Positions 48,021-58,251 of a stretch of DNA of 64,000 nt are shown piece after piece (positions within the stretch are counted from its first letter, which is position 1; each line of letters opens with the position of its first letter). A program made the position numbers and the translations under genes. The DNA is from an uncultured Sangeribacter sp. (GTDB lineage Bacteria > Bacteroidota > Bacteroidia > Bacteroidales > Muribaculaceae), in assembly GCA_964410515.1 (NCBI GenBank), contig CAYPGW010000003.1, positions 15,102 through 79,101 on the forward strand, given 5' to 3'. The notes beneath the pieces were generated by a model. It saw only the letters and a list, made by a program, of their open reading frames with translations, was not told the origin of the DNA and did no database searches.

Positions 48021-48668
48021 ATGAAGAAAAAGGAAAGATATGAGAGGGTAATGGCAGCCTTTGAAGAGGTGATGCCCGATCCGAAGACGGAACTCGACTA
48101 CGACTCCCCTTTCCATCTTCTGCTTGCCGTGATACTCTCGGCACAGTGCACCGACAAGCGGGTGAACATGGTCACTCCGGCTTTCTTCGCCGCATACCCC
48201 GACCCAGCCTCGCTCGCAAAAGCCACGGAAGAAGAAGTGTATGAATATATACGCAGCGTAACTTTCCCCAACAACAAGGCGCGCCACCTGCTGAAGGCGG
48301 CGCGTATGCTCGTGGAAGATTTCAATTCGGAAATGCCATCCGACATCGACAACCTGATGAAACTTCCCGGTGTAGGCAGGAAGACCGCCAATGTCATGCT
48401 TGCAGTGGTGTGGGGAAAGGCGGCCATGGCAGTTGACACCCACGTCTTCAGGGTCTCAAACCGAATAGGGCTAACCCACAACTCTCCCAACCCCAACGCT
48501 ACGGAGAAAGAACTCGTCAGCAACATTCCCGGAGAACTGCTGCCCAAAGCCCATCACTGGCTTATACTTCACGGCCGCTACACCTGCACAGCCCGCAAGC
48601 CGAAATGCAGCGAATGCGTGATAGCCGACTGGTGCGAAACCCACTCCAAGTCCGTCAGACAGGAGTAA
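48021..48668 (+). CDS. nth: Endonuclease III
   Basis: LSAQCTD, LPGVGRKTA HhH, VDTHV, C-x6-C-x2-C-x5-C cluster. Confidence 0.96.
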   Translation: MKKKERYERVMAAFEEVMPDPKTELDYDSPFHLLLAVILSAQCTDKRVNMVTPAFFAAYPDPASLAKATEEEVYEYIRSVTFPNNKARHLLKAARMLVEDFNSEMPSDIDNLMKLPGVGRKTANVMLAVVWGKAAMAVDTHVFRVSNRIGLTHNSPNPNATEKELVSNIPGELLPKAHHWLILHGRYTCTARKPKCSECVIADWCETHSKSVRQE

Positions 48669-49194
48669 AGAGAGCATGCAGCGCGTCGAAGCGCTCAAGC
48701 GCTTCAGCACCGAACTTCGACATCGAGCGGCGAACTCTTTCGAGAGATTTCTCTTCTCTCGGGTTGCCCGACTTGCTATAGAACTTGTCGGCGTAGCAGA
48801 TAAGTTTCTCTTCAAGAGTCTCAGGCAGGAAATCATTATGCGGAAGCGGCAGTCCCGTTTCCGCTATTTCTTTTGCCGTGAGTCCGGAGCCTGTATGACG
48901 CTCGCAGACACGAGCTATCGACTCCAGCCCCTCCTGCCTCATCAGGGCAGCGCCTATCACCCCATGCCTTATGTAAGGTTCATGTCCATGACAATATATG
49001 CCGGGAGCGTCACATTGGAAAATACCAATGTCATGAAGCATTGCGGCTTCCTTGACAAAATTTCTGTCCACATCGAGGCGAGCGGCTTCCGCCACGGCAA
49101 GCGCCTTGCCTGCCACCATTTCAGAATGGGTCAGAAGCAAATCGAGGAGGGCTGAGCCCTCCTCGTAGTATTTTTTAATCAATTCATAATGCAT
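48655..49194 (-). CDS. HDIG-domain metal-dependent phosphohydrolase
   Basis: THS..V, MLHDIG, ERH, ICYADKF. Confidence 0.88.
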   Translation of the reverse strand: MHYELIKKYYEEGSALLDLLLTHSEMVAGKALAVAEAARLDVDRNFVKEAAMLHDIGIFQCDAPGIYCHGHEPYIRHGVIGAALMRQEGLESIARVCERHTGSGLTAKEIAETGLPLPHNDFLPETLEEKLICYADKFYSKSGNPREEKSLERVRRSMSKFGAEALERFDALHALFTPV

Positions 49195-49215
49195 AATGCA
49201 AATGCCTGATCAAGT

Positions 49216-50238
49216 TCAGTTTTCTTCGATGATTTCCACCCATCCGTGAACGTCGGGCTCCTCACCGAGCTGTATGCCGCGCAGTTTATTGTAGAGAATT
49301 GTAGACTTCTCTCCCGGCTTACCATCTCCGAACTCATATCGGCGTCCCGTGTCGAGATCGTCGATAACCCCTATTGGCGAAATCACCGCGGCAGTTCCGC
49401 AAGCGCCTACCTCCTCAAATGTCTCGAGCTCCTCCACAGGAATCTGACGGCGCTCCACTGTCATTCCGAGGTCTTCGGCGAGGCGGCAGATGCTCTTGTT
49501 GGTGATTGAGGGCAGGATTGAGTCTGATGCCGGCGTGATGTAGCTGTTGCCACGGATGCCGAAGAAATTAGCCGCACCGCTCTCGTCGAAATATTTCTTC
49601 TCTTTCGGATCGATATAGAGCATCACGGAGTAACCGAGATCATGGGCGAGTTCGCCGGCTTTCAGCGACGCTGCATAATTGGCGCCGATCTTCAGCGAGC
49701 CCGTTCCGAGCGGAGCCACACGGTCGTATTTCCTGCTCATGCACACCTTAGTCGGGCTGAATCCGGTCTTGAAATAAGGCCCTACCGGAGTGACGAACAT
49801 CACCACCATATAGTCTTTCGATGGCTTCACGCCCACCTGAGGTGAGACACCTATCTCGAGCGGACGGATGTAGAGGCTTGCTCCGGTGCCGTAAGGGGGC
49901 ACGAACTCCGAGTTGAGAGCCACCACCTTGCGCACCATATCGCAGAAAATATCTTCGGGAAGAGGCTCCATCATTATGCCTTCGGCCGAACGCCTGAAAC
50001 GCTTCGCATTCTCGTCCATGCGGAAGACCCTGATCTTGCCGTCGGCACCGCGGAAAGCCTTGAGGCCTTCGAAGGCTTCCTGCCCGTAGTGAAGGCAGGC
50101 GGCAGCGATGTGCATGGGCACGTATTCTGAATCGGAAACCTCTACCGGCCCCCATTTACCGTCGCTGTAGGTGCAGCGCACATTGAACTTGGTCGGAATA
50201 TAACCGAACGGAAGATTTTTCCAATCTATTGCATCCAT
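49216..50238 (-). CDS. ilvE: Branched-chain amino acid aminotransferase
   Basis: LHYGQEAFEGLKA, LYIRP, KIGANY, ILPSIT, GTAAVISP. Confidence 0.96.
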   Translation of the reverse strand: MDAIDWKNLPFGYIPTKFNVRCTYSDGKWGPVEVSDSEYVPMHIAAACLHYGQEAFEGLKAFRGADGKIRVFRMDENAKRFRRSAEGIMMEPLPEDIFCDMVRKVVALNSEFVPPYGTGASLYIRPLEIGVSPQVGVKPSKDYMVVMFVTPVGPYFKTGFSPTKVCMSRKYDRVAPLGTGSLKIGANYAASLKAGELAHDLGYSVMLYIDPKEKKYFDESGAANFFGIRGNSYITPASDSILPSITNKSICRLAEDLGMTVERRQIPVEELETFEEVGACGTAAVISPIGVIDDLDTGRRYEFGDGKPGEKSTILYNKLRGIQLGEEPDVHGWVEIIEEN

Positions 50239-50279
50239 TACTGTAAACTATTTATATATGGATATGCTTTCCAGACCCA

Positions 50280-50606
50280 TCAGACGGCGATCTTGCATGT
50301 AAGATCACCCACCTTCACTATGTAGACGCCATGCGATAGGGGTAGGCGGCTCACGCCCTGCGGAATATTTTCGCTGCTCACGGTCTGCCCGAGAATGGTG
50401 AAGACCTTGATCTGCGTGGGCTGCGAGGCCACCACCACCACATAGCCCGAAGTCACCCTTATCTCCACTTCCGCATCGCGGGCGGCCACATTGAGCGCGG
50501 TCACGTCGGAGCGCACGGGCTCCCAACCCTTGGCGCCGGAGGCGGGAAGGGCGGCCGCGGCCATAAGGGCCACTGCTAAAACAACTGAGCGGAGACGCCG
50601 GATCAT
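50280..50606 (-). CDS. Small exported protein consisting essentially of a T9SS type-A C-terminal sorting domain
   Basis: Signal peptide; IKVFTILGQ ... GVYIVKV ... KIAV CTD pattern. Confidence 0.7.
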   Translation of the reverse strand: MIRRLRSVVLAVALMAAAALPASGAKGWEPVRSDVTALNVAARDAEVEIRVTSGYVVVVASQPTQIKVFTILGQTVSSENIPQGVSRLPLSHGVYIVKVGDLTCKIAV

Positions 50607-50631
50607 ATCGGAATCTGACAGGATGGCTTAT

Positions 50632-51231
50632 TTATTTCTTCACCTTATTGTAGCGGGCGTTGAGGCCTTCCACAATCTCGTCGGTGATATCGAGATCCTT
50701 ATTGAAATGGAGAGCGGCAGCCTTGTTGAAGATGGCGTCGTAGCCGTGCTTCTTGTTGTACTGCTCAACGAAAGCCACGATAGAATCGTTTACGGCCTGC
50801 TGCGCCTTGGCAGCCGCCTCGGCATATTTCTGCTGCATCATGCCTACGGATTTCTCCGCATTTGTCTGCATTGAAGCCAGTTTCTGCTGGTCGGTGTCGA
50901 AACTTTCCTGCGAGAGATATGAGTTGTTCTGAACCTTGTTCTGAATCTGCGATGCAAACGACTGCAGTGAGGTCTGATGACGTTTTGTCTCGTTCTCAAG
51001 ATTTTCCTGCATGCGCATCATCTCCTCATTATAGTCCTTGGCAAGATTATATTTGGTGAGGAGTGTGTCGAGGTCTACATATCTGTAGTTGGGAAGAGCC
51101 TCAGTTTCGGCTGCTTTCTCTTTCTTTGCGGGAGTTTCATTCGCCTCTTTCTTGCCATCGCAAGAAGATGCCCCTACAGCAAGCGACAGAGCAAGCCCGA
51201 AGGCGAGGACTGAGTAGAGTTTTCTTTTCAT
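50632..51231 (-). CDS. OmpH/Skp-family chaperone (lipoprotein-like)
   Basis: YVDLDTLL, coiled coil, YDAIF, LDITDEIVEGLNARY; start moved to 51231. Confidence 0.88.
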   Translation of the reverse strand: MKRKLYSVLAFGLALSLAVGASSCDGKKEANETPAKKEKAAETEALPNYRYVDLDTLLTKYNLAKDYNEEMMRMQENLENETKRHQTSLQSFASQIQNKVQNNSYLSQESFDTDQQKLASMQTNAEKSVGMMQQKYAEAAAKAQQAVNDSIVAFVEQYNKKHGYDAIFNKAAALHFNKDLDITDEIVEGLNARYNKVKK

Positions 51232-51478
51232 TATATAGAATTTGTAGTTATTGATACGTATCGTAAGGAGCCTGACGCATGATGAGTCACGTTCCGGATG
51301 CAAAATTAATAAAAAAAGATGATTACAACGATAAGAAACCTAAAAGATTTGTTAAAATGAAATAAATTTAATATCTTTGAGGCCTGAAAAGCAAGAATTA
51401 CGTTTTATAATATAGGGAGAGAATGTCTGTTCAGGCATCTCTCTATCCCCACAGAAACCCAAAATCACGAAAGACAAC

Positions 51479-52936
51479 ATGAAAGTAAAGGATCTAAAAC
51501 CGGAACTGATATGGAAGTGTTTCGACGAGGTGACCAAAGTGCCCCGCCCTTCCTGCCATGAAGAGCAGATCAGAAACTTCCTGATCGATTTTGCAAAGCG
51601 CCACAATGTAGCGGTGAAGACCGACGCATGCGGCAACGTACTGATGCACAAGGATGCCTCCGAAGGATATGAAAACGCACCTGTAGTGATCCTTCAGTCG
51701 CACATGGACATGGTATGCGAGAAGAACGGAGATGTGGAACATGACTTTTACAAAGACCCTATCGACACTTATATCGACGGCGACTGGGTGAAAGCCAGAG
51801 GCACCACTTTGGGAGCGGACAACGGCATAGGCATCGCTGCCGCCATGGCCGTGATGATTGATCCCGACCTGAAGCACGGGCCAGTGGAAGCCCTCTTCAC
51901 GGTGAATGAGGAAATCGGCCTCGAAGGGGCTCAGAATCTCGGAGAAGACATGCTCGGAGGCAATATCCTGCTCAATCTCGACTCGGAAGACGACGGTGAG
52001 ATTTTCGTGGGATGCGCCGGAGGCATCGACACCACCGCATGGTTCGACTACAAGCGCTCGCTCGCTCCCGAACATTTCTCTTATCTCAAGATTCAGGTGA
52101 AAGGACTGCTCGGAGGCCACTCCGGAGGCGACATTCACCTTGGACGCGCCAACGCCAATAAACTTGCAGCCCGCTTCCTTTGGGAATGCGCACAGAAGTG
52201 GAATGTGGAACTTTCAGAATTCGACGGCGGCAATCTGCGCAATGCAATCCCGCGTGAGGCATACGCCATCTTCGGTATAGAAACGAAACTTGCCGACGAC
52301 GTTAAGGCTCAGCTCGCCTGCTACGCCGATCAGATAAAGAAAGAATATGCCGGCATAGAGCCTTCGCTCGAGATCACGATTGAAGACGTGGAGAAACCCG
52401 ACTACACCATAGATCAGGACACCTCCATCGCCCTGATACGCGCACTCTATTGCGCACCCCACGGGGTGATCTCAATGAGCCGCGATCTGGAAGGACTCGT
52501 CGAGACCTCAACCAACCTCGCCGCAGTGAAGATGGAGGAAGGCAACCGCATCAAGGTGACCACATCACAGCGCTCGAGCGTGGAAAGCCGCAAATACGAC
52601 ATCGCCGGCCAGGTGGAGGCTGTGTTCCAGCTTGCGGGTGCTAAAGTGGATCATTCCGACGGCTATCCGGGCTGGGCTCCGAACATGAACTCACCCATAA
52701 TGAAGATCGCAGCCGACGCCTACGAAGAACTGTTTGGCGTGAAACCGGCCATCAAAGCCATACATGCCGGACTGGAGTGCGGACTTTTCCTCGACAAATA
52801 TCCTCACCTCGACATGGTAAGCTTCGGCCCCACCATGACCGGTGTGCACTCACCCGACGAGCAACTTCTGATTCCGACGGTAGATAAATTCTGGAAGCAT
52901 CTCTGCCTCACTCTTGAAAAAGTGGCGAAATCATGA
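51479..52936 (+). CDS. pepD: Aminoacyl-histidine dipeptidase (M20C), copy 1
   Basis: QSHMDMV, LGADNGIG, NEE, NLDSE, HAGLECG, HSPDE; promoter TATCTTTG at 51372. Confidence 0.95.
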   Translation: MKVKDLKPELIWKCFDEVTKVPRPSCHEEQIRNFLIDFAKRHNVAVKTDACGNVLMHKDASEGYENAPVVILQSHMDMVCEKNGDVEHDFYKDPIDTYIDGDWVKARGTTLGADNGIGIAAAMAVMIDPDLKHGPVEALFTVNEEIGLEGAQNLGEDMLGGNILLNLDSEDDGEIFVGCAGGIDTTAWFDYKRSLAPEHFSYLKIQVKGLLGGHSGGDIHLGRANANKLAARFLWECAQKWNVELSEFDGGNLRNAIPREAYAIFGIETKLADDVKAQLACYADQIKKEYAGIEPSLEITIEDVEKPDYTIDQDTSIALIRALYCAPHGVISMSRDLEGLVETSTNLAAVKMEEGNRIKVTTSQRSSVESRKYDIAGQVEAVFQLAGAKVDHSDGYPGWAPNMNSPIMKIAADAYEELFGVKPAIKAIHAGLECGLFLDKYPHLDMVSFGPTMTGVHSPDEQLLIPTVDKFWKHLCLTLEKVAKS

Positions 52937-53865
52937 TGCGCGGTCTTCTGACCCCGGCAGCAATATCACTGGCGGTCGCGTCGGCCCTCACAGCCGACAC
53001 GCCCGCCGGATTTGCCGCTGCTCCGGAGCCTGACACAGTTGCCACCGACAGCGTCACGTATGCCTCCACGGGCGAGGAAGTGCCCGACTCACTGGTAGCC
53101 GAGATGAGCGAACTCATAAAGAGTGTGCTTGCACAGGCCGACGCCGACAAAAAGAGTGCCGACCGCTACGAGACTCTTTCCGATGAGGATTTCAGGGTTA
53201 TAGCTGACGAGCTCGGAGTGGAGACTGCCGCAATCAAGGCTGTGGTGAAGATCGAGGCCGGGCCGGCTCTGCGCGGCTTCTGGGCGCCGGGAGTGCCTGT
53301 GGTGAACTACGCCCAGTCGCTCTTCAACAAGTATAACGCCAAGATAAAGGGGCCTAAGGCCAAAGATGCCAAAGTGCCTGAAGGCCTCTCGGGATATGCC
53401 CTGAAAGAGTGGACATCGCTCACAAGAGCCAGAAAAATCAATGAGGACGCAGCCAACATGTCGTGCTACTGGGGCATGTTCCAGATCGGCGGCTACAACT
53501 ATCAGCTTTGCGGCTGCGAGTCGATAGCCGAGATGGTTGCTCTCATGAGCGAATCGGAATTCAGCCAGCTTGAGCTCTTTGCCGAATTCGTCCGCAAAAC
53601 CGGAATGCTTGAGAGCCTGAGAAAGAAAGACTGGACCACATTTGCCAGAAAATATAACGGCAGCTCCTACGCCAAACGTGGATACCACACACGTATGGCC
53701 AAAGAATATGAGGCTTTCAAAGCCAAAGAGAAAAAACCGGCTTCAAAAGCCGGCACCAAGACATCGGCAAAGACCGACACGATAAATAAATCACAGCCCG
53801 AGACAGCAAGCGGAAAGACCACTGCCAAACGGACCTATAAAAAAAGAAGTAGTAGAAGACGATGA
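52933..53865 (+). CDS. DUF3380 N-acetylmuramidase with signal peptide and Lys/Arg-rich tail
   Basis: A.ELGVE.AAIKAVVKIEAG, WGMFQIGGYNY, FARKYNG motifs. Confidence 0.85.
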   Translation: MMRGLLTPAAISLAVASALTADTPAGFAAAPEPDTVATDSVTYASTGEEVPDSLVAEMSELIKSVLAQADADKKSADRYETLSDEDFRVIADELGVETAAIKAVVKIEAGPALRGFWAPGVPVVNYAQSLFNKYNAKIKGPKAKDAKVPEGLSGYALKEWTSLTRARKINEDAANMSCYWGMFQIGGYNYQLCGCESIAEMVALMSESEFSQLELFAEFVRKTGMLESLRKKDWTTFARKYNGSSYAKRGYHTRMAKEYEAFKAKEKKPASKAGTKTSAKTDTINKSQPETASGKTTAKRTYKKRSSRRR

Positions 53866-55316
53866 AGATCACCGACCTGAAGCCGAAGCTCGTATGGGAA
53901 TGCTTCGATGAGATAACAAAAGTGCCCCGCCCCACATTCCATCTTGACAAGATGAAGGAATTCCTCACAGGCTGGGCCGAAAAGCATAATCTGAGATATG
54001 CCACAGACGAAGCCGGAAATGTCGTGATATATTGCCCCGCCACACCGGGCCATGAGAATGCGCCCACAGTAGTGCTTCAGGGTCATCAGGACATGGTGGC
54101 TGAGAAGCGTGGCGACGTGGTCCACGACTTCCTGACCGACCCCATCAAGACAGTTGTGGAGGGCGACTGGGTGAGAGCCGAAGGCACCACCCTCGGAGCC
54201 GACAACGGACTGGGATGCGCCTCGGCTATGGCTGTGATGACCGATCCCGACCTCGTGCACGGCCCTATCGAAGCCCTCTTCACTACCGACGAGGAGCAGG
54301 GACTCACCGGGGCCAACGGCCTAAATCCCGAACTTATCAGCGGCCGCATACTTCTGAATCTTGACTCAGAGGAGCATGGCATGATAGTGATAGGATGCGC
54401 CGGCTCCATCTGCACAGTGGCCGAGTATCCCATCCAAACAGTGCCGGCTCCGGAAGGCTACGTATGGTATGAAGTGGAAATCAATCACCTGAAGGGCGGC
54501 CATTCAGGCATGGAGATACATCTCGGCCGGGGCAACGCCAATCAGATTCTGGCCCGCTTCCTCTGGCTTGCCGGCGACCAGTTCGGCATTCAGTTGAGCG
54601 ACTTCTGTGGCGGAGGACTTCCCAACGCCATTCCGCGCGAGGCACACGCCCTCGTGGGCATACCCGAGGCACACGCCGGAGAGTTTGAGGAGCTCGCATC
54701 GATTTTCAACAACACCATCCACGATGAACTCCGTCTGGCAGAGGGCGATGACTTCACATTCGGGGTGGCCCTGCGCGAAGCTCCTGAGAAGACTATAGAG
54801 GAAGCATACGTGGTTCCCCTTATCTCGACAATCTTCGGCACTCCCAACGGAGTGCAGGCCATGAGCCTGGCGGTGCCCGGACTTGTAGAAACCTCGAGCA
54901 ACCTTGCAAGCGTGCACAAGGAAGGCGACGACAAGGTGGTGATCACAACGCATCAGCGATCGTCGATCGACAGCCGGCGCGAGGAAATCACCGACCGCAT
55001 CACAGCTCTCTATGAGAACATCGGATGCGTAGTGGAGACCAACGATCCGAGCGTGGGCTGGGAACCGAATACCGAGAGTCCTCTTCTCAAGAAAGCCGAG
55101 GCTTGCTTCAAGAGCCTATTCGGACACGCTCCTAAAGTGGAAGCCTTACATGCCGGCCTCGAGTGCGGACTGTTTCTCGAGAAAATGCCCGGAATGGACA
55201 TGATCTCTTTCGGTCCGACACTGAAAGACATACATAGTCCCAACGAGAAAGCCTACGTGCCGTCGGTTGAGGAATACTGGAAATTCCTTACCGAACTGCT
55301 GAGGCTCCTCAGTTGA
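53862..55316 (+). CDS. pepD: Aminoacyl-histidine dipeptidase (M20C), copy 2
   Basis: QGHQDMV, LGADNG, DEE, NLDSEE, HAGLECG, HSPNE. Confidence 0.93.
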   Translation: MKITDLKPKLVWECFDEITKVPRPTFHLDKMKEFLTGWAEKHNLRYATDEAGNVVIYCPATPGHENAPTVVLQGHQDMVAEKRGDVVHDFLTDPIKTVVEGDWVRAEGTTLGADNGLGCASAMAVMTDPDLVHGPIEALFTTDEEQGLTGANGLNPELISGRILLNLDSEEHGMIVIGCAGSICTVAEYPIQTVPAPEGYVWYEVEINHLKGGHSGMEIHLGRGNANQILARFLWLAGDQFGIQLSDFCGGGLPNAIPREAHALVGIPEAHAGEFEELASIFNNTIHDELRLAEGDDFTFGVALREAPEKTIEEAYVVPLISTIFGTPNGVQAMSLAVPGLVETSSNLASVHKEGDDKVVITTHQRSSIDSRREEITDRITALYENIGCVVETNDPSVGWEPNTESPLLKKAEACFKSLFGHAPKVEALHAGLECGLFLEKMPGMDMISFGPTLKDIHSPNEKAYVPSVEEYWKFLTELLRLLS

Positions 55317-55334
55317 GAAGAATTACTAAATACT

Positions 55335-56561
55335 ATGATTGAAGACAATATCATAAATAAAGAAGAAAACGAACGCACGGTGCTCGTGGGCCTGGTGACT
55401 CAGAAGCAGAGCGAAGCCAAAATGAACGAATATCTCGATGAACTTGACTTCCTCGCCAAGACAGCCGGAGCCGAGCCCGAGAAGCGTTTCATCCAGAAAC
55501 TCGAATATCCGAATCCACGCACCTACGTCGGCACAGGAAAACTCGAGGAAATAAGGAAATATGTCGAAGACCACGAGATAGGCCTCGTGATCTTCGACGA
55601 TGACCTATCGTCGAAACAGGTGCTCAACATCGAGAAAGAACTGAAGGTTAAGATTCTCGACCGCACGAGCCTTATCCTTGACATTTTCGCAAAGCGGGCT
55701 CAGACGGCTACGGCTCGCACTCAGGTGGAACTTGCCCAATACCAATATCTTCTTCCCCGCCTCACCCGCATGTGGACTCACCTCGAGCGCCAGCGCGGCG
55801 GTATCGGAATGAGGGGCCCCGGCGAGACTCAGATCGAGACCGACCGCCGAATCATTCTCGATAAGATCTCACGCCTGAAAGAAGAACTGAAGGATATCGA
55901 CAAGCAGAAAAGCATCCAGCGCAAGAACCGAGGTAACATGACGAGAGTAGCCCTTGTGGGCTACACCAACGTGGGGAAGTCTACCATCATGAACCTGCTG
56001 AGCAAGAGCGATGTTTTTGCCGAAAACAAACTGTTTGCCACGTTAGATACCACGGTGAGAAAAGTCACGATCGACAATCTCCCCTTCCTGCTTTCAGACA
56101 CTGTGGGATTCATACGCAAACTGCCCACCCATCTCGTGAACTCATTCAAATCGACTCTCGACGAAGTGAGGGAGGCCGACCTGCTGATGCACGTGGTAGA
56201 CGTGAGCCATCCCAACTTTGAGGAGCAGATAGAAGTGGTGGAGAAGACACTCAGCGAGGTGTGTGGAGCAGCGAAGAAACCGACCATCCTGGTATTCAAC
56301 AAAATAGACGCGTTCAAATACACCCCGAAAGATCCTGACGATCTGACTCCGGCCACACGCGAGAACATGAGCCTGGAAGATTTCAAGAAGACCTGGATGG
56401 CGAAGATGAACAACAACTGCGTCTTTATCTCTGCAAAGGATAAAATCAACATTGACCGGCTCAAGGAGCTACTCTATGAGAAGGCAAAAGAGATACACGT
56501 TGAGAGATTCCCCTACAACGACTTCCTTTTCCAGAAATATGACGAAGACCTTTCCGAGTGA
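55335..56561 (+). CDS. hflX: Ribosome-splitting GTPase HflX
   Basis: GPGETQIETDRR, GYTNVGKS, LFATLD, DTVGF, NKID. Confidence 0.97.
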   Translation: MIEDNIINKEENERTVLVGLVTQKQSEAKMNEYLDELDFLAKTAGAEPEKRFIQKLEYPNPRTYVGTGKLEEIRKYVEDHEIGLVIFDDDLSSKQVLNIEKELKVKILDRTSLILDIFAKRAQTATARTQVELAQYQYLLPRLTRMWTHLERQRGGIGMRGPGETQIETDRRIILDKISRLKEELKDIDKQKSIQRKNRGNMTRVALVGYTNVGKSTIMNLLSKSDVFAENKLFATLDTTVRKVTIDNLPFLLSDTVGFIRKLPTHLVNSFKSTLDEVREADLLMHVVDVSHPNFEEQIEVVEKTLSEVCGAAKKPTILVFNKIDAFKYTPKDPDDLTPATRENMSLEDFKKTWMAKMNNNCVFISAKDKINIDRLKELLYEKAKEIHVERFPYNDFLFQKYDEDLSE

Positions 56562-58240
56562 ATGAAGACGAGCAGCGCGTTGATATGAAGAAAAGCGAGA
56601 TTGAGCAACTTGAGAGACAGGGCTGCCGCAGCAGCGACTGGAGCCTTGTGGAGATAGCCGGGGGCACCGACCTCGGCGGCATCCGCAATGTGTGGTTTCG
56701 TGGCCCCGTCACAATAGGCGAGGGCACCACGATAGTCAATGTGCCCGGCGGTATAAGCAACGTGCGGATAGGCCGGAACGTAAGGATCGAGAATGTGGCG
56801 AGAATTGAGAATTCAGCCGACACCACATTCGGCACAGGCACCGAGATAGCGGTACTCGACGAGACCGGATCGCGCCCTGTAAAAATCTATCCGGGAATAT
56901 CGGCACAGATAGCGGCTCTCGCGGCAAGGATGCCGGAGTATGCGCGGCGTCATCTATCGCCACTGATCGACAGCCACATCAAGGAGCTGAAATATGACTT
57001 CGAGATCGGCGACGGCGCCGAGATACTCGACTGCGGCCCCATCACCGACGTGCGCGTATGGCCGGGCGCGAAGGTGGAGGGCGTGGCCTCGCTTCATAAC
57101 GGCAGCATCATAAGCAGTCACCTTCCGGAACGCGAGCCGGCCTACGTAGGCCCCGGAGTTTACGCACGGAATTTCATAATCGAAGACGGCTATGTGAGCA
57201 ATGGTACCCTCATCCAAAACACATACGTGGGCCAGGGAGCGATTCTCGACAAAGGATTCACATCGCACGATTCACTTTTCTTCGCCAACTGCAGCATGGA
57301 AAACGGTGAGGCCTGCGCCGTGCTTGCAGGCCCCTACACAGTGAGCATGCACAAGAGCTCGCTCCTCATCGGCTGCCAGACGGCCTTTATGAATGCCGGC
57401 TCGGGCACAAACATGAGCAATCACATGTATAAGCACGGCCCGCTTCATTGGGGCGTGCTGGAGCGTGGGGTGAAGACTGCTTCAAACGCATATCTGATGC
57501 ATGGGAGCCGAATAGGCGCCTTCTCTCTGGTGATGGGTTCACACAAGACCCATGCCGACACATCAGACTTTCCTTTCTCATATCTTTTCGATGATGATGC
57601 CGGCCACACTGTGGTGGTGCCGGGCGCGATGCTGAAAAGTTACGGCCTGAAGCGTGATGAAGAAAAATGGCCGCGCCGCGACCGCCGTCAAAACCGCTTC
57701 AATCATCTCCACGACCGGATCACTTACCGCATACTGAATCCCTATACGGTAGACATGATTCTCAACTCGCTCGATATCATTGACAGCCTTCTCACCGAAG
57801 ACTCCGTAAAAGAATCGGCCATTGACTATAAAGGCTTGACGATGAAGCGATCTTCGCTTGAGAAAGGCCGTGAAATGTATAGGAGAGCCCTTTGCAAATA
57901 TCTTCAGATACTCAGCGAAGCGAATGCACCGGCTGCAGATGTCGCCCCTGACGCTGCGGAACGATGGGTGGATCTTGCCGGAATGATTATCCCGGCCTCG
58001 ACCCTAAGGCAGATAATGAATGCCGGAAGCATCACGGAGATGGAAAAGGCTCTTGATCGCGCAGCAGAAAGCACGGAGACTTACGAAAAGGCATGGGCTG
58101 AAGGGCGAATGAAACGACGCATTGAGACCGACGGGCTCTCTCCGCTTCGCGCCGCCGATTTTGATTCGCTCATTGATCAAGATCGCAAACAAAGCCTTCA
58201 ACAGATAGCGATAGAAAACGATATGCTGTCTTTTCTTTAA
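56558..58240 (+). CDS. DUF4954 family protein (left-handed beta-helix repeats)
   Basis: LE.QGC...DW, HDSLFFANC..ENGEAC, GPYTVSMHKSSLLI, NMSNHMYK; start may be ATG 56585. Confidence 0.8.
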   Translation: MNEDEQRVDMKKSEIEQLERQGCRSSDWSLVEIAGGTDLGGIRNVWFRGPVTIGEGTTIVNVPGGISNVRIGRNVRIENVARIENSADTTFGTGTEIAVLDETGSRPVKIYPGISAQIAALAARMPEYARRHLSPLIDSHIKELKYDFEIGDGAEILDCGPITDVRVWPGAKVEGVASLHNGSIISSHLPEREPAYVGPGVYARNFIIEDGYVSNGTLIQNTYVGQGAILDKGFTSHDSLFFANCSMENGEACAVLAGPYTVSMHKSSLLIGCQTAFMNAGSGTNMSNHMYKHGPLHWGVLERGVKTASNAYLMHGSRIGAFSLVMGSHKTHADTSDFPFSYLFDDDAGHTVVVPGAMLKSYGLKRDEEKWPRRDRRQNRFNHLHDRITYRILNPYTVDMILNSLDIIDSLLTEDSVKESAIDYKGLTMKRSSLEKGREMYRRALCKYLQILSEANAPAADVAPDAAERWVDLAGMIIPASTLRQIMNAGSITEMEKALDRAAESTETYEKAWAEGRMKRRIETDGLSPLRAADFDSLIDQDRKQSLQQIAIENDMLSFL

Positions 58241-58251
58241 GGGACATCATA

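Noticed and set aside
52933-53865. Prophage remnant around the muramidase
   Set aside because: No holin, structural or integrase genes nearby; the gene is tightly coupled to housekeeping neighbours
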